Shown: one piece after another, positions 43,932-53,410 of the stretch
Layout: each line of letters starts with the position of its first letter
Numbering within the stretch: position 1 is the first letter of the stretch
Virus record (IMG/VR): IMGVR_UViG_3300037042_002125
Span: 124,001-188,000 of that record
DNA length: 64,000 bases
Reading direction: 5' to 3' (one strand)
The notes under the pieces: model-generated
Told to the model about the DNA's origin: nothing
Databases searched by the model: none
What the model saw: only the letters and a program-made list of their open reading frames with translations
Translations under genes and position numbers: made by a program

Positions 43932-46900
43932 TAGTGGGAGTGGGATAATCCTACCTCACTTTGCAAGCAAGAGTAAAAACTATGTTGACTCTCTGTTCAA
44001 CAATCCTGGTTCCGCATCTTTACCTTGGGAGGCTTTCCCTGATGACTATGATCCACTCGATCTTATAGCAGCAGACGGAGAGTTTGATCTTGCTAAAATG
44101 ATGGACAAGGCCGTAGACAGCATAACAGGTCTACCTAGAGATATCCGCCTACCAGAAGGTGATTTTCCAGAGGCTAAGAACTACTTTGATTATTGCGAAA
44201 ACTTTGTAGGTCCTGACACAAAATTTCCTTTCTCCCGTCAGATGTGGGCAGCTATTCATCTGCTTGCCGAATACTGCCCTAGGTGTTCTCACCCTAAATG
44301 GGAAAATATTTTCAACGTAGGCGTTGACGTTGACCCTCGCAACATACCCAACAACGTCCGCCTTCTCCACTATGGGAAATGCCCCAAGTGCAAGACAACA
44401 AAGGCTGAACTGTTTGCTAACAAGGAGCTAAACCTATACGTTGAAGCCGCTTGGTTATGGGGACAACGTTCTGGCAAATCAATCTTGACCGCTAGTCTCA
44501 CGAACTACCTTCTCCACAAGTACCTCAAGTTTCCAAAGATGAGTGCTATATGTGAGGGTATTCAATCCAGCACACCATTGACAGCTACATTCGTTGGCGT
44601 TCGTTTTGCGGACGCCATTGCTACCTTGTGGGAGCCAATCACTAAAGGTATACATGATAGCCCTTGGTTTAGGGAATATCATGCGATGATGGATCAATAC
44701 GGTACCAAACTTGGCATTGAGTTTTACAGATTTAAAGATCAGTACCTAAAATACGGCCACAAGAATTTAGAAATCTATCCAGCAGGCCCATCCAAACGTG
44801 CCCTACGTGGTCGTACTCGTTTCTTGTGCCTTACTGGCGATACTTTGGTAAATACAGACAGGGGTTTGGTAGAGATCAAAAACAATTTGCAGGGTCAGTC
44901 TGTAGACGTTTACATGACTAAAAATGCAGATATTACTTACCATGCATACTCGGGTAAAAAGGAAGTCTTTGAAGTAACTCTTGGTAACGGCTTATCTGTT
45001 ACTGGGTCTTCGGTGCACCCTCTCCTAACGTTAGACTTAGAGACATACAAACCTAAATGGACAAAAATCGAAAACTTGACCGTTAACGACTACGTCGTCT
45101 GTGGATTAGGTGGCACGTTTCCAGATGAGTTAACCTTGCCTTCCGGCGATCTACCGTCTAAAGCCAAGTATGAAGTAGCTATTGAGGAAATGGTAAAGCG
45201 TAAGACGTTCTATCTTGCAGATATAACTAAAGTATGTGGGTTGTCTCCAAACGTGTTAAGCATAACAACCTGCCAGTACACTAGGCTAGGTTTACTGACA
45301 AAACGTAAGATGTCACAGACTGGGACCTCTTTATTCTCAGTAGCTAAAGGCGTGACGGTCAACCAACTACTTGCAGCAAAGAAAAAAGGCTCTCAGCGTA
45401 TAACTCAAAACAGGAACAAGACACAATTCCCGCTATCAATGACCACAGAACTAGCAAGTGTTCTGGGGTACTTGGTAGCTGATGGGAAATATACAGAACA
45501 AGGGTTTGCTCAAGAACTAGGTTTTGGCACAACCTCAATACTTAAGGCTGAGGACTTTGCGGCCAAATTCCAAGATACCTTTGGGTGTGCACCTCGTAGG
45601 CGTACAGGTTATAAATCTGATGTAAAACTAGGAAAGGTGTATGGTTGTAGGATTGCGTACTCTGCGGTCAAAGACTTCTTAAAAACTATAGGACTAGTCC
45701 CCGCCGTTGCAAAGACAAAAGAAGTACCTTGGTCTATTCTACAGGCTGACCGAGACAGTGTGGTAGCTTTCCTGTCATCTGCTATTAGTTGCGATGGCCG
45801 AGTTCCTAATACTTTCAATAAAGGCCTAGGTAGAACGGTTAGTTATACGTCAACTAGCTTAAAATTGCTGCAACAGATGCAAATTTTATTCTTTAAACTT
45901 GGGTACCCGTGCCATATAAAACAGAATACTGACGGTACGTCTAAGGTCGTCCTTAAAGCCTACACTGCCAGCAAGTTTCTTGATGAGTACACTGGGCTAG
46001 AAAAACGCGACTGGCATATTAACCGAGAACGTACCGTACGTAGAAACTCTATGTCGTATTCAGAGTACCGTATCCCAGGTTTAGAACTTCGCAATACAAG
46101 TATGGTGTACTTTGTTCATACTCTAAAAGAGTTAAATGCTCACAGCCGAATAAATACTTCTGGACTAGGTCATCTTATAGACAAAAATTTTGTCTTTTCA
46201 AAAGCGAAGACCATTAAGTCAAAAGGTGTTAAGAAAACCTACGACATTAGTGTTGATAGTAAAAGTCACGCGTTTGTTGCCAACGGGATTGTTGTCCACA
46301 ACACAGGTCTCGATGAATTAGGTTGGTTCCCTATCTCAGGCGAGAACAGAGACCTTGAACGTGCAGACGCAGACGAAGTTCACACAGCACTTGACCGCTC
46401 CTTGCTTACGATGCGGCGCGAAGTGCGTACCTTGTACCGAAAGGGGTACAGCAATTTCATACCTGGTATCGCAATCAACATTTCCAGTCCTGCAGACGAG
46501 ACAGATAAGATGTGTAGGCTGGTCGAGGAGAATAGATCGAGCACTCGTGTGTTGGCGCTTCAGCTTGCTACGTGGGAAATTAGTCCTTTGTTTACCAAGG
46601 ACAACGAGGAAATTGCAGATGCATATTCTAAGAATCCAATAGATGCCGAGCGTGACTATGGGGCTAAACCTCCAATGAACGCGCGGTCGTTTATGGATAT
46701 GTCTGTGGCGGCCCGAGGGTTTAACGGACGTAATGCTGCTCACGTTACGCCTTTTGAGAAGACTATAAACGAGAAGGTCAGACGTGCGGCAGCTCTTGAT
46801 AGTTGGTCACCCTCAACTCCTCAGCCAGCGTCGGTGTTATCAATGGATGCAGGTCTGACAAACAATTCGTTTGCCATAACCATTATGAACTTGAACCAGA

Positions 46901-47625
46901 CTAAAGTTGGTGAGTTGATAAACACTAGAGTTCAAGTGCAGGTGGCGGTTGAGATTCAGCCGCGACCAGGGGTAATGCTTCACTATAGCAAAATCTACAG
47001 TGACGTTATCAAACCAATGATAAAACATTTCAACGTCCGCTTCATGTTCGCAGATCGTTGGAATTCTGTTGCTTTATTAGACACAGCAGAAGAAGATTTC
47101 AAACACATTGGATTAGTCGCCAAGCAGCACAGTGTCAAGTACCCCGATTTCTTGACCACCAGGTCATATTTAGAGGAAGGTAAACTTATCCTTCCTAAAC
47201 TTGAAATGGAATATGAGAAGATTCGACAAATTGATAGCTACCCCTCTTATTTTGAAGGTAAGCCAGCCGCTCATCTATTGTTCCAGTTTGCCACTGTACG
47301 TGATATGGGTAGTACAGTTATCAAAGGTGGACCTTACACAGATGACATTTTTAGGGCCTTGGTTCTAGGTGTAGGTCGTATTCTCAATCCGAAGATCATG
47401 GAAGAGATTCTAAAGATGGGAGTTGTCCTCAACCAAAGGAATTTCGGTGCCGTAACAATGGGGAGATCTTTTGGTATGTCTAGTCCAATAAACTACCTTG
47501 CGAATAGGGACCCGTCTAAACCCAATGTAGGTTCTACAATCCTATCTGGGTATTCTACTATTAGTCCTGTTGGGGGTTCTAACTTTGCAACCTCACAAGT
47601 TGTAAGAAGTTCTAGGACAAGGTAG
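43909..47625 (+). CDS. terL: Terminase large subunit with intein
   Basis: GTG start with AGGGAG RBS; WGQRSGKS Walker A; Walker B reconstituted as RFL/TGLDE; RNase H-like nuclease motifs (SMDAG, ADRW, TDDIFRA). Confidence 0.88.
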   Translation: MKTFSKSSSGSGIILPHFASKSKNYVDSLFNNPGSASLPWEAFPDDYDPLDLIAADGEFDLAKMMDKAVDSITGLPRDIRLPEGDFPEAKNYFDYCENFVGPDTKFPFSRQMWAAIHLLAEYCPRCSHPKWENIFNVGVDVDPRNIPNNVRLLHYGKCPKCKTTKAELFANKELNLYVEAAWLWGQRSGKSILTASLTNYLLHKYLKFPKMSAICEGIQSSTPLTATFVGVRFADAIATLWEPITKGIHDSPWFREYHAMMDQYGTKLGIEFYRFKDQYLKYGHKNLEIYPAGPSKRALRGRTRFLCLTGDTLVNTDRGLVEIKNNLQGQSVDVYMTKNADITYHAYSGKKEVFEVTLGNGLSVTGSSVHPLLTLDLETYKPKWTKIENLTVNDYVVCGLGGTFPDELTLPSGDLPSKAKYEVAIEEMVKRKTFYLADITKVCGLSPNVLSITTCQYTRLGLLTKRKMSQTGTSLFSVAKGVTVNQLLAAKKKGSQRITQNRNKTQFPLSMTTELASVLGYLVADGKYTEQGFAQELGFGTTSILKAEDFAAKFQDTFGCAPRRRTGYKSDVKLGKVYGCRIAYSAVKDFLKTIGLVPAVAKTKEVPWSILQADRDSVVAFLSSAISCDGRVPNTFNKGLGRTVSYTSTSLKLLQQMQILFFKLGYPCHIKQNTDGTSKVVLKAYTASKFLDEYTGLEKRDWHINRERTVRRNSMSYSEYRIPGLELRNTSMVYFVHTLKELNAHSRINTSGLGHLIDKNFVFSKAKTIKSKGVKKTYDISVDSKSHAFVANGIVVHNTGLDELGWFPISGENRDLERADADEVHTALDRSLLTMRREVRTLYRKGYSNFIPGIAINISSPADETDKMCRLVEENRSSTRVLALQLATWEISPLFTKDNEEIADAYSKNPIDAERDYGAKPPMNARSFMDMSVAARGFNGRNAAHVTPFEKTINEKVRRAAALDSWSPSTPQPASVLSMDAGLTNNSFAITIMNLNQTKVGELINTRVQVQVAVEIQPRPGVMLHYSKIYSDVIKPMIKHFNVRFMFADRWNSVALLDTAEEDFKHIGLVAKQHSVKYPDFLTTRSYLEEGKLILPKLEMEYEKIRQIDSYPSYFEGKPAAHLLFQFATVRDMGSTVIKGGPYTDDIFRALVLGVGRILNPKIMEEILKMGVVLNQRNFGAVTMGRSFGMSSPINYLANRDPSKPNVGSTILSGYSTISPVGGSNFATSQVVRSSRTR
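44827..46302 (+). mobile_element. Intein (492 aa) with LAGLIDADG homing endonuclease
   Basis: Starts CLTGDTLV, ends ANGIVVHN followed by Thr; LGYLVADG and FLSSAISCDG motifs. Confidence 0.93.
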
Positions 47626-47627
47626 TT

Positions 47628-47636
47628 TAATTTAAT
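47628..47636 (+). promoter_or_regulatory. TAATTTAAT motif upstream of the portal operon
   Basis: Immediately after the terminase stop. Confidence 0.55.
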
Positions 47637-47656
47637 TGCATGTAAAGGGGTACCTA

Positions 47657-47917
47657 ATGTCTAATTCCACCACACCAATCCAGAGAATCATTCCTCGCGT
47701 CATGCAAGCTCAGCCACATTCTGAAACGACAGTGGCTAAGACTACAGTGACAGTGGGTGCAGATGGTAAGGAAAAAGTCACGTCAAGAGTTGAAAACATC
47801 AACGAAGGTCAATGTCCAATATGCGGAACTCAGTTACGACCAACCGAAGCTAATGGAAATACTGTCCTGTATTGCCCCGCTCACAACATTGTGATGCCGG
47901 TTCGAGATCAAAATTAA
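47657..47917 (+). CDS. Small Zn-ribbon protein
   Basis: CPICG...YCPAH; AAGGGG RBS. Confidence 0.65.
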   Translation: MSNSTTPIQRIIPRVMQAQPHSETTVAKTTVTVGADGKEKVTSRVENINEGQCPICGTQLRPTEANGNTVLYCPAHNIVMPVRDQN

Positions 47918-47929
47918 AGGTAGAACAAT

Positions 47930-49795
47930 ATGTTCGGTACTGACAGAAGAATATCCGTTAATGGCAGCACATTGCGTTCAACAAAGCTAGGTCAACTGTC
48001 CGCCACAAAGACAATAAAGTCTCGGACAACTGAAATGGCAAACCTGTTCGGTGGTGGCCCATTAGGAGGAGCAGGAAACTCCTCAATGAACGTCTACGCG
48101 TCTGGTCCTCTTGCATCTGTATCCATGCTAAACGGATTGGTACCAGAGCAGGAGGATTATCTACGACGTTACTACAGGGACATCTACTACCTCGATGCCG
48201 TAGCTGGTACCACAGTGGACTTGATGTCCACGTTTCCATTTTCAGAGTACACTCTCACTGGTTGCGACACAGACAAACTTGAGAAGTATGCAGAGTCGTT
48301 GGAACGTCTTAACATCCGTTCGCTGATGCCTGAGATTAGCACAGCCTACTTGGTCGAAGGTTCCTCAATCTCCAGTCTGATCTTTAACCAGAGAGAAAAG
48401 ATCTTCATCGACCTGGTTATGTTCGGCGTTGACAACTGCACCATCCAGCAACTGCCGTTCTACTCGACCGACCCAAGCATTACGGTCAAGAACACTCAGG
48501 CGATGATCGAGTTCATGCGCTCGAATGACAAGCAGGCAAGGGCAATCCGTTCTTTGCTTCCACCGCAGTTGGCAGCAACGTTCGCCAGCAATGCGTTCAA
48601 GCTTGACCCATTGACGACCTTGTATTTGTCCCGCAAGACGCTCCCAGGTTCAGAGCCTATCTCGTTCTTGAAACGCATGTTGCCTATCTACCTTCTTGAG
48701 AAAACTCTGTTCCGCGGAACGATTGTTGAAGCCAACAAACGCCAGCGCAGTATGTTGCACGTCACAATGGGCGACGACACTCACACGTTCACACCAGAAG
48801 AAATGGCAGAGACTGTCAACCAATTCCAATTGGCAGATTTGGATCCACTAGGCGCCGTCATTGGCACACGTGGTACTGTCGCAGCTTCTGAAATCCGCCA
48901 AGGTGGTGATTTCTGGAAGTGGACAGACACTATCGACACGATGACTCCCTACAAACTTCGCGCCTTGGGGATAAGTGAAGCATTCCTAAGCGGCGACAGC
49001 AATTTCAGCAACACAGAGACGGCCTTGTCAGTGTTCCTGGAAAACCTCGATGCGTACAGGTCATACTTGACGTACGAAGTGTTCACTAACAAGATCTTTC
49101 CGATTGTCGCTATTGCCAACGACTTCTTCAAGAAGGGTAAAGAAATAGATACGTCAAAACGAAACAAGATGACGTACCAAGCCAACAACCATAAGGACTT
49201 GGACATTCCGTTGATGCACTGGCACAAACGTCTTGAAGCAAAAGACGAAGACAACATCATAGAGACTCTCACTACGTTACAAGAAAAGGGATTCCCCATT
49301 CCTATGCGTATGTGGGCAGCGGCTGCTAAGGTAGACCTCGGCGCATACTACCACGACCTGCAACAGGACAAAGAAGTTCGAGAGTTGATTGCCAAATACA
49401 GCGGCCAAAAGCCAGAAGATATTGGGGCAGCCAAAGACGGTGAAGGCGATGAAGAGGATGATGGAGAATTTGCATCTTTGCACAACATCACTCAGCCTGT
49501 TCGCTCACAGAATCTGTTGGACCGTGACTTTGGGCCTAACGCAGGCGAAGTTGTTGGTCGTACAAAGACCGGCAAGGCCACGTACATCTTAAATCAGAAG
49601 CGCGCCAATGATGAAGCCAATCAAAACATTGCAAAGGCAATGACAGAGTTGAACAAGCCTGAGGTGAGGGCAGCCGCATTGAAACGTGTTCGCTCTGCTT
49701 TAGGCGCAATTCCAAACATCATTGGTGAGCCACTTCGCAAAGCAGAAAAATCTGCGTCTCTTGCACGAGCAAGAGCATCTGGTTCACAGCATTAA
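47930..49795 (+). CDS. Probable portal protein
   Basis: 621 aa, downstream of the terminase; helical portal-like organisation (YYRDIY..D, LGISEAFL.G). Confidence 0.65.
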   Translation: MFGTDRRISVNGSTLRSTKLGQLSATKTIKSRTTEMANLFGGGPLGGAGNSSMNVYASGPLASVSMLNGLVPEQEDYLRRYYRDIYYLDAVAGTTVDLMSTFPFSEYTLTGCDTDKLEKYAESLERLNIRSLMPEISTAYLVEGSSISSLIFNQREKIFIDLVMFGVDNCTIQQLPFYSTDPSITVKNTQAMIEFMRSNDKQARAIRSLLPPQLAATFASNAFKLDPLTTLYLSRKTLPGSEPISFLKRMLPIYLLEKTLFRGTIVEANKRQRSMLHVTMGDDTHTFTPEEMAETVNQFQLADLDPLGAVIGTRGTVAASEIRQGGDFWKWTDTIDTMTPYKLRALGISEAFLSGDSNFSNTETALSVFLENLDAYRSYLTYEVFTNKIFPIVAIANDFFKKGKEIDTSKRNKMTYQANNHKDLDIPLMHWHKRLEAKDEDNIIETLTTLQEKGFPIPMRMWAAAAKVDLGAYYHDLQQDKEVRELIAKYSGQKPEDIGAAKDGEGDEEDDGEFASLHNITQPVRSQNLLDRDFGPNAGEVVGRTKTGKATYILNQKRANDEANQNIAKAMTELNKPEVRAAALKRVRSALGAIPNIIGEPLRKAEKSASLARARASGSQH

Positions 49796-49804
49796 GGACA
49801 TGTC

Positions 49805-50533
49805 ATGTCAATACTTAGCTTAGCCGCAAAAGATAACAGGAAATTCCTCGAAAGATTTATCTCTCAGTATTGCAGTGAAGATCCTGGGCAATTTCTTTTC
49901 TTGCCTATCAATGTAGGTGCTTGGTATAAAGGCATTACTGGAATGAGTTCCAAGGACAAAGAGCCAAAGGGACTTAAAACCTTAACGAAGGCTATTTTGG
50001 CTATTGGCAAACCTCCGGTTATTGGTACCACTGTATACAGAATGGCAAACGTAAAAGTTCCGCCATCTGGAATTGAGACGCTGATGGGTAGACCTAGGAA
50101 ACTGCAGGTTGGCCCACGACCAATACTGTCCTTTTCCAGAGATAGGGAATACACAAAGAAGTTCTACAAAAAATTCTATACCCGAGGTGGTGGTACCCCT
50201 ATCAAAAGGGGAGACGCTAGGTTTGCCTACGTGGTGCTAATGACAGAAGTGTCAATAAAAAATTATGTGTTGGACACACATACAATCACAGAACTGTTCA
50301 AGTTGATACTGACAAACTGGGAGTTTACGTTGTCATTAGTAGAGCAACTAGACCCAAATGAATGGCAAAAACTAAGAAAACAAATAACCAAATACCCCTT
50401 CACGGCAACGTACAAAGAGATATCTACTGTATTCATACAACAGCAGCAAGAGGTTATCCTGAGAAGTAAAACCTCTACATTTCCAAATGTCGAAGTAGTA
50501 GATGTACTTTGGCATAGTGGTAACAAGGACTAA
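49805..50533 (+). CDS. Putative ADP-ribosyltransferase-fold protein
   Basis: R-S-E-type motifs in order: VYRM, LSFSRD, QQEVIL. Confidence 0.55.
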   Translation: MSILSLAAKDNRKFLERFISQYCSEDPGQFLFLPINVGAWYKGITGMSSKDKEPKGLKTLTKAILAIGKPPVIGTTVYRMANVKVPPSGIETLMGRPRKLQVGPRPILSFSRDREYTKKFYKKFYTRGGGTPIKRGDARFAYVVLMTEVSIKNYVLDTHTITELFKLILTNWEFTLSLVEQLDPNEWQKLRKQITKYPFTATYKEISTVFIQQQQEVILRSKTSTFPNVEVVDVLWHSGNKD

Positions 50534-50539
50534 CAAATC

Positions 50540-50992
50540 ATGCAACCACCATTCAAAGTAGCTGCGTTCTGGAACTCGTTTAATTCCCAGGTAGCAACTC
50601 GCGTTCTTCGAGATAGCTTGGCCATCCAACGGCTGGCAAAAGCCAATCGCGCTGACTTTGTTATCGCGTGTGACCCCGAACTTCACCACACGTTGTCTGC
50701 AATGGGCATTCCTGTTACGAGCGATTTTGTTAGCCCCAATATGGTTAGGGCTTACTTGATGAGAGATGACTTAACAGATGACCTAACTGATCGTCTACCT
50801 GAGTGTGAGGATACTGAGTTGATCACCTTGACTCCAATGCCTGCACTAGGTGATGGGCACAGTGAACAGACAGTTGACCCTTATGCCGGTGTCAAGTTGT
50901 TCAAGGATTGGAAGGCAATTCCGGAGACACTTCCTCTGGACAAGGCGCCGCCTAAGGGACCTTCGGACCCCATGTGGTCACCTTGGTTGTAG
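50540..50992 (+). CDS. Hypothetical protein
   Basis: ORF track; operonic. Confidence 0.6.
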   Translation: MQPPFKVAAFWNSFNSQVATRVLRDSLAIQRLAKANRADFVIACDPELHHTLSAMGIPVTSDFVSPNMVRAYLMRDDLTDDLTDRLPECEDTELITLTPMPALGDGHSEQTVDPYAGVKLFKDWKAIPETLPLDKAPPKGPSDPMWSPWL

Positions 50993-51001
50993 GGGTGTAA
51001 G

Positions 51002-52870
51002 ATGGCAACACTCGACCAACTCAAAGATCAATACCTTGCCGCAAAAGAAAAATACTACAACGATAAAAACGGCAAGAACCTTATGTCGGACGCAATGTTC
51101 GATAAGCTTGAAGACAAGATACGCAAAGCCGACCCTAAATGGAAAGGGTTTAAGGCAGGGGCACCCGTCAACAAAAAGACGAAGGTGAAGTTGCCTATCC
51201 CTATGTTCTCGCTCGATAAATTGAAGGCACCAACTGTACAGGCATGGCTAGACAACCAAAACCCAAATGACGACGTAACGTTGAGCGATAAGCTTGATGG
51301 GTCCTCCCTTGAGATCGTCTACACTCGTGGTGTACCTACATTTTGTGCCACCAGAGGCAATGGCGTCATTGGTGGAGAGGTTAGCTTCTTGATACCTCAC
51401 CTGAGGATTCCACAGAAGGTAGGGACCGCAGACTTCACTATCCGCTGCGAAGGCTTGTTCTCTAAGGCAGGTTTCCTCAAGTACAAAGCTGAGTTTGACG
51501 CAGCCCGCAATGCAGCCAGTGGTATCTTGAACAGGCAAGACATTCACCACAGCATGAAGGACCTCAAGGTAGTGGTGTTGCAGGTCATGAAGCCTAACGT
51601 TCAACCTAGTAAGGGCTTGCGTTGGGCAAAGCAAAAGGGCTTCACTGTCGTCCCGTTCAAAGTGTTTAAGGTGCGTGATCTTAATGCACACAACCTAAGC
51701 ACCCTTCTGGCCCAGCGTAAGGTCGCATCTAAATTTGACATGGATGGGCTTGTCCTTACGCTTGACAAGGTCAACAAACTGCCAATGAACGGCAACCCCG
51801 ACTGGGCAAAGGCCTTCAAACAAAACATTGATACTGATAGTGCGCCTGTCACCACAGTAAGAGCAGTAGAGTGGGAAGTGTCATCTCACGGCCTTATCAA
51901 ACCAGTGATTGTGTATGACGCGATAAATTGGGACGGTAGCACTCTAACTAGAGCAAGTGCCTACAACGCCAAATTCGTCAACCTGAATGGCATTGGTATA
52001 GGGTCGAAAGTTGCCTTGATACGCTCAGGAGAAATAATACCTAAGGTTGTCAAGGTTTTGAAAAAAGCAGCAAGGACAGCTATCCCTGATCCTAAAGTGT
52101 TCGGTGACTACCACTTAACCAAGAATGACACTGACTATGTGCTGAGCGCACCCCTTGAGAATGAGGATTTCCGGGTCAAGAAGATTGCCCGCTTCTTTGC
52201 TAACCTCGAAGTTGATTACCTACGTGAGCAGACAGTTCGCAAGATGTACGAGGTAGGCTTTGACAACGTCAAGAGCATAACACGGGCGACAGTCAAAGAC
52301 TTCATGGGCATCCCTGGCATACAGGCCAAGGGCGCCAACAAACTCTATGAGGCTATCCATTCCAAAATAGACCAAGGCGTTCCTGTGGTAAAACTGATGG
52401 ACGCTAGTGGTGTGTTTCCCAGTGGTATGGGCGAGACACGTTTTGAAACCATTGCCAAGTACCATGACTTATTGGACCTGTGCGCTTTGCCCGAGTCTGA
52501 ACAATTGGCTATTCTGTTGAAAATTCCTGGGTTCAAAGACTTGACTGCTGACTTCTTTATCAGAGGCAGTAAGAAGTTTCTCAAGTGGGTTAAGCTAGTA
52601 GGTATAACCCCGGTTAAGCCAAAGAAAGTGAGGGTAAAACTTGACAGCCAAAAACTCGCAGGAATGGGAATCAGTTGGACTGGGTATCGCAGCGATGAAC
52701 AAGAAAGCACCGTCAAAGCAAACGGCGGAACAGTTGAGAGCTTCGGAGGACGGACGAAAACTTTGCTGGTTAGTCCAACCGGAAAGGCAAGCTCAAAAGC
52801 CCAGAAAGCAGAACAAAAAGGAATCCCAGTCATGACATGGGAAGCCTTTGCACGCAAGTACAAACTCTAG
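51002..52870 (+). CDS. ligA: NAD-dependent DNA ligase
   Basis: Y..G...MSD..FD domain Ia, SLDK, KLDG, TRGNG, RN.ASG, DGLV, OB domain, HhH and BRCT. Confidence 0.93.
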   Translation: MATLDQLKDQYLAAKEKYYNDKNGKNLMSDAMFDKLEDKIRKADPKWKGFKAGAPVNKKTKVKLPIPMFSLDKLKAPTVQAWLDNQNPNDDVTLSDKLDGSSLEIVYTRGVPTFCATRGNGVIGGEVSFLIPHLRIPQKVGTADFTIRCEGLFSKAGFLKYKAEFDAARNAASGILNRQDIHHSMKDLKVVVLQVMKPNVQPSKGLRWAKQKGFTVVPFKVFKVRDLNAHNLSTLLAQRKVASKFDMDGLVLTLDKVNKLPMNGNPDWAKAFKQNIDTDSAPVTTVRAVEWEVSSHGLIKPVIVYDAINWDGSTLTRASAYNAKFVNLNGIGIGSKVALIRSGEIIPKVVKVLKKAARTAIPDPKVFGDYHLTKNDTDYVLSAPLENEDFRVKKIARFFANLEVDYLREQTVRKMYEVGFDNVKSITRATVKDFMGIPGIQAKGANKLYEAIHSKIDQGVPVVKLMDASGVFPSGMGETRFETIAKYHDLLDLCALPESEQLAILLKIPGFKDLTADFFIRGSKKFLKWVKLVGITPVKPKKVRVKLDSQKLAGMGISWTGYRSDEQESTVKANGGTVESFGGRTKTLLVSPTGKASSKAQKAEQKGIPVMTWEAFARKYKL

Positions 52871-52880
52871 GAAGTACAGT

Positions 52881-53393
52881 ATGGAAGCACACACCTACGC
52901 AAACATTAGGGAATCTATTCGATCTGGAGATTTGCTGGCCTTTTCTCATGGAGACTTCAAGTCGTTTAATGGCATGCTTGTCAAAGGGGTCCGTGTGTTT
53001 ACAACATCCACCTATAGCCATGTGGCAGTAGCGTGGGTTGCAAAAGATAGAGTGTTTGCTCTTGAGGCAGTTGTGCCTAAGGTACGGATATTTCCCTTGA
53101 GCTTGTTAGGCGATTTTGATCTTATTCCGCTAGAAGCGCCTTGGACAGCAGACACAGAACAGTATGCTTTGTCAAAGGTAGGCGCTGACTACTCGAGGTG
53201 GACAGCAATACAAGGCTTCTTCAACCCTCTTGCTGATGGTGACGTTTCAGAATGTGCAGCCTATGCTCGTGAGGTTTTGAAGCGCGATGGAATTGATTTA
53301 GGGAAAATGTCCCGACCGGATACTGTCATTCATGCTGCCCAAGATTTGGGTGCCACTTTGATTCATGTCGCCAACGGCGGCTATGTAGCTTAA
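52881..53393 (+). CDS. Permuted papain-like amidase (YaeF/YiiX-type NlpC/P60)
   Basis: GDLL, YSHVA (His first), then Y, then ECAAY (Cys last). Confidence 0.75.
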   Translation: MEAHTYANIRESIRSGDLLAFSHGDFKSFNGMLVKGVRVFTTSTYSHVAVAWVAKDRVFALEAVVPKVRIFPLSLLGDFDLIPLEAPWTADTEQYALSKVGADYSRWTAIQGFFNPLADGDVSECAAYAREVLKRDGIDLGKMSRPDTVIHAAQDLGATLIHVANGGYVA

Positions 53394-53410
53394 TCTTTAG
53401 AAAGTTCACT

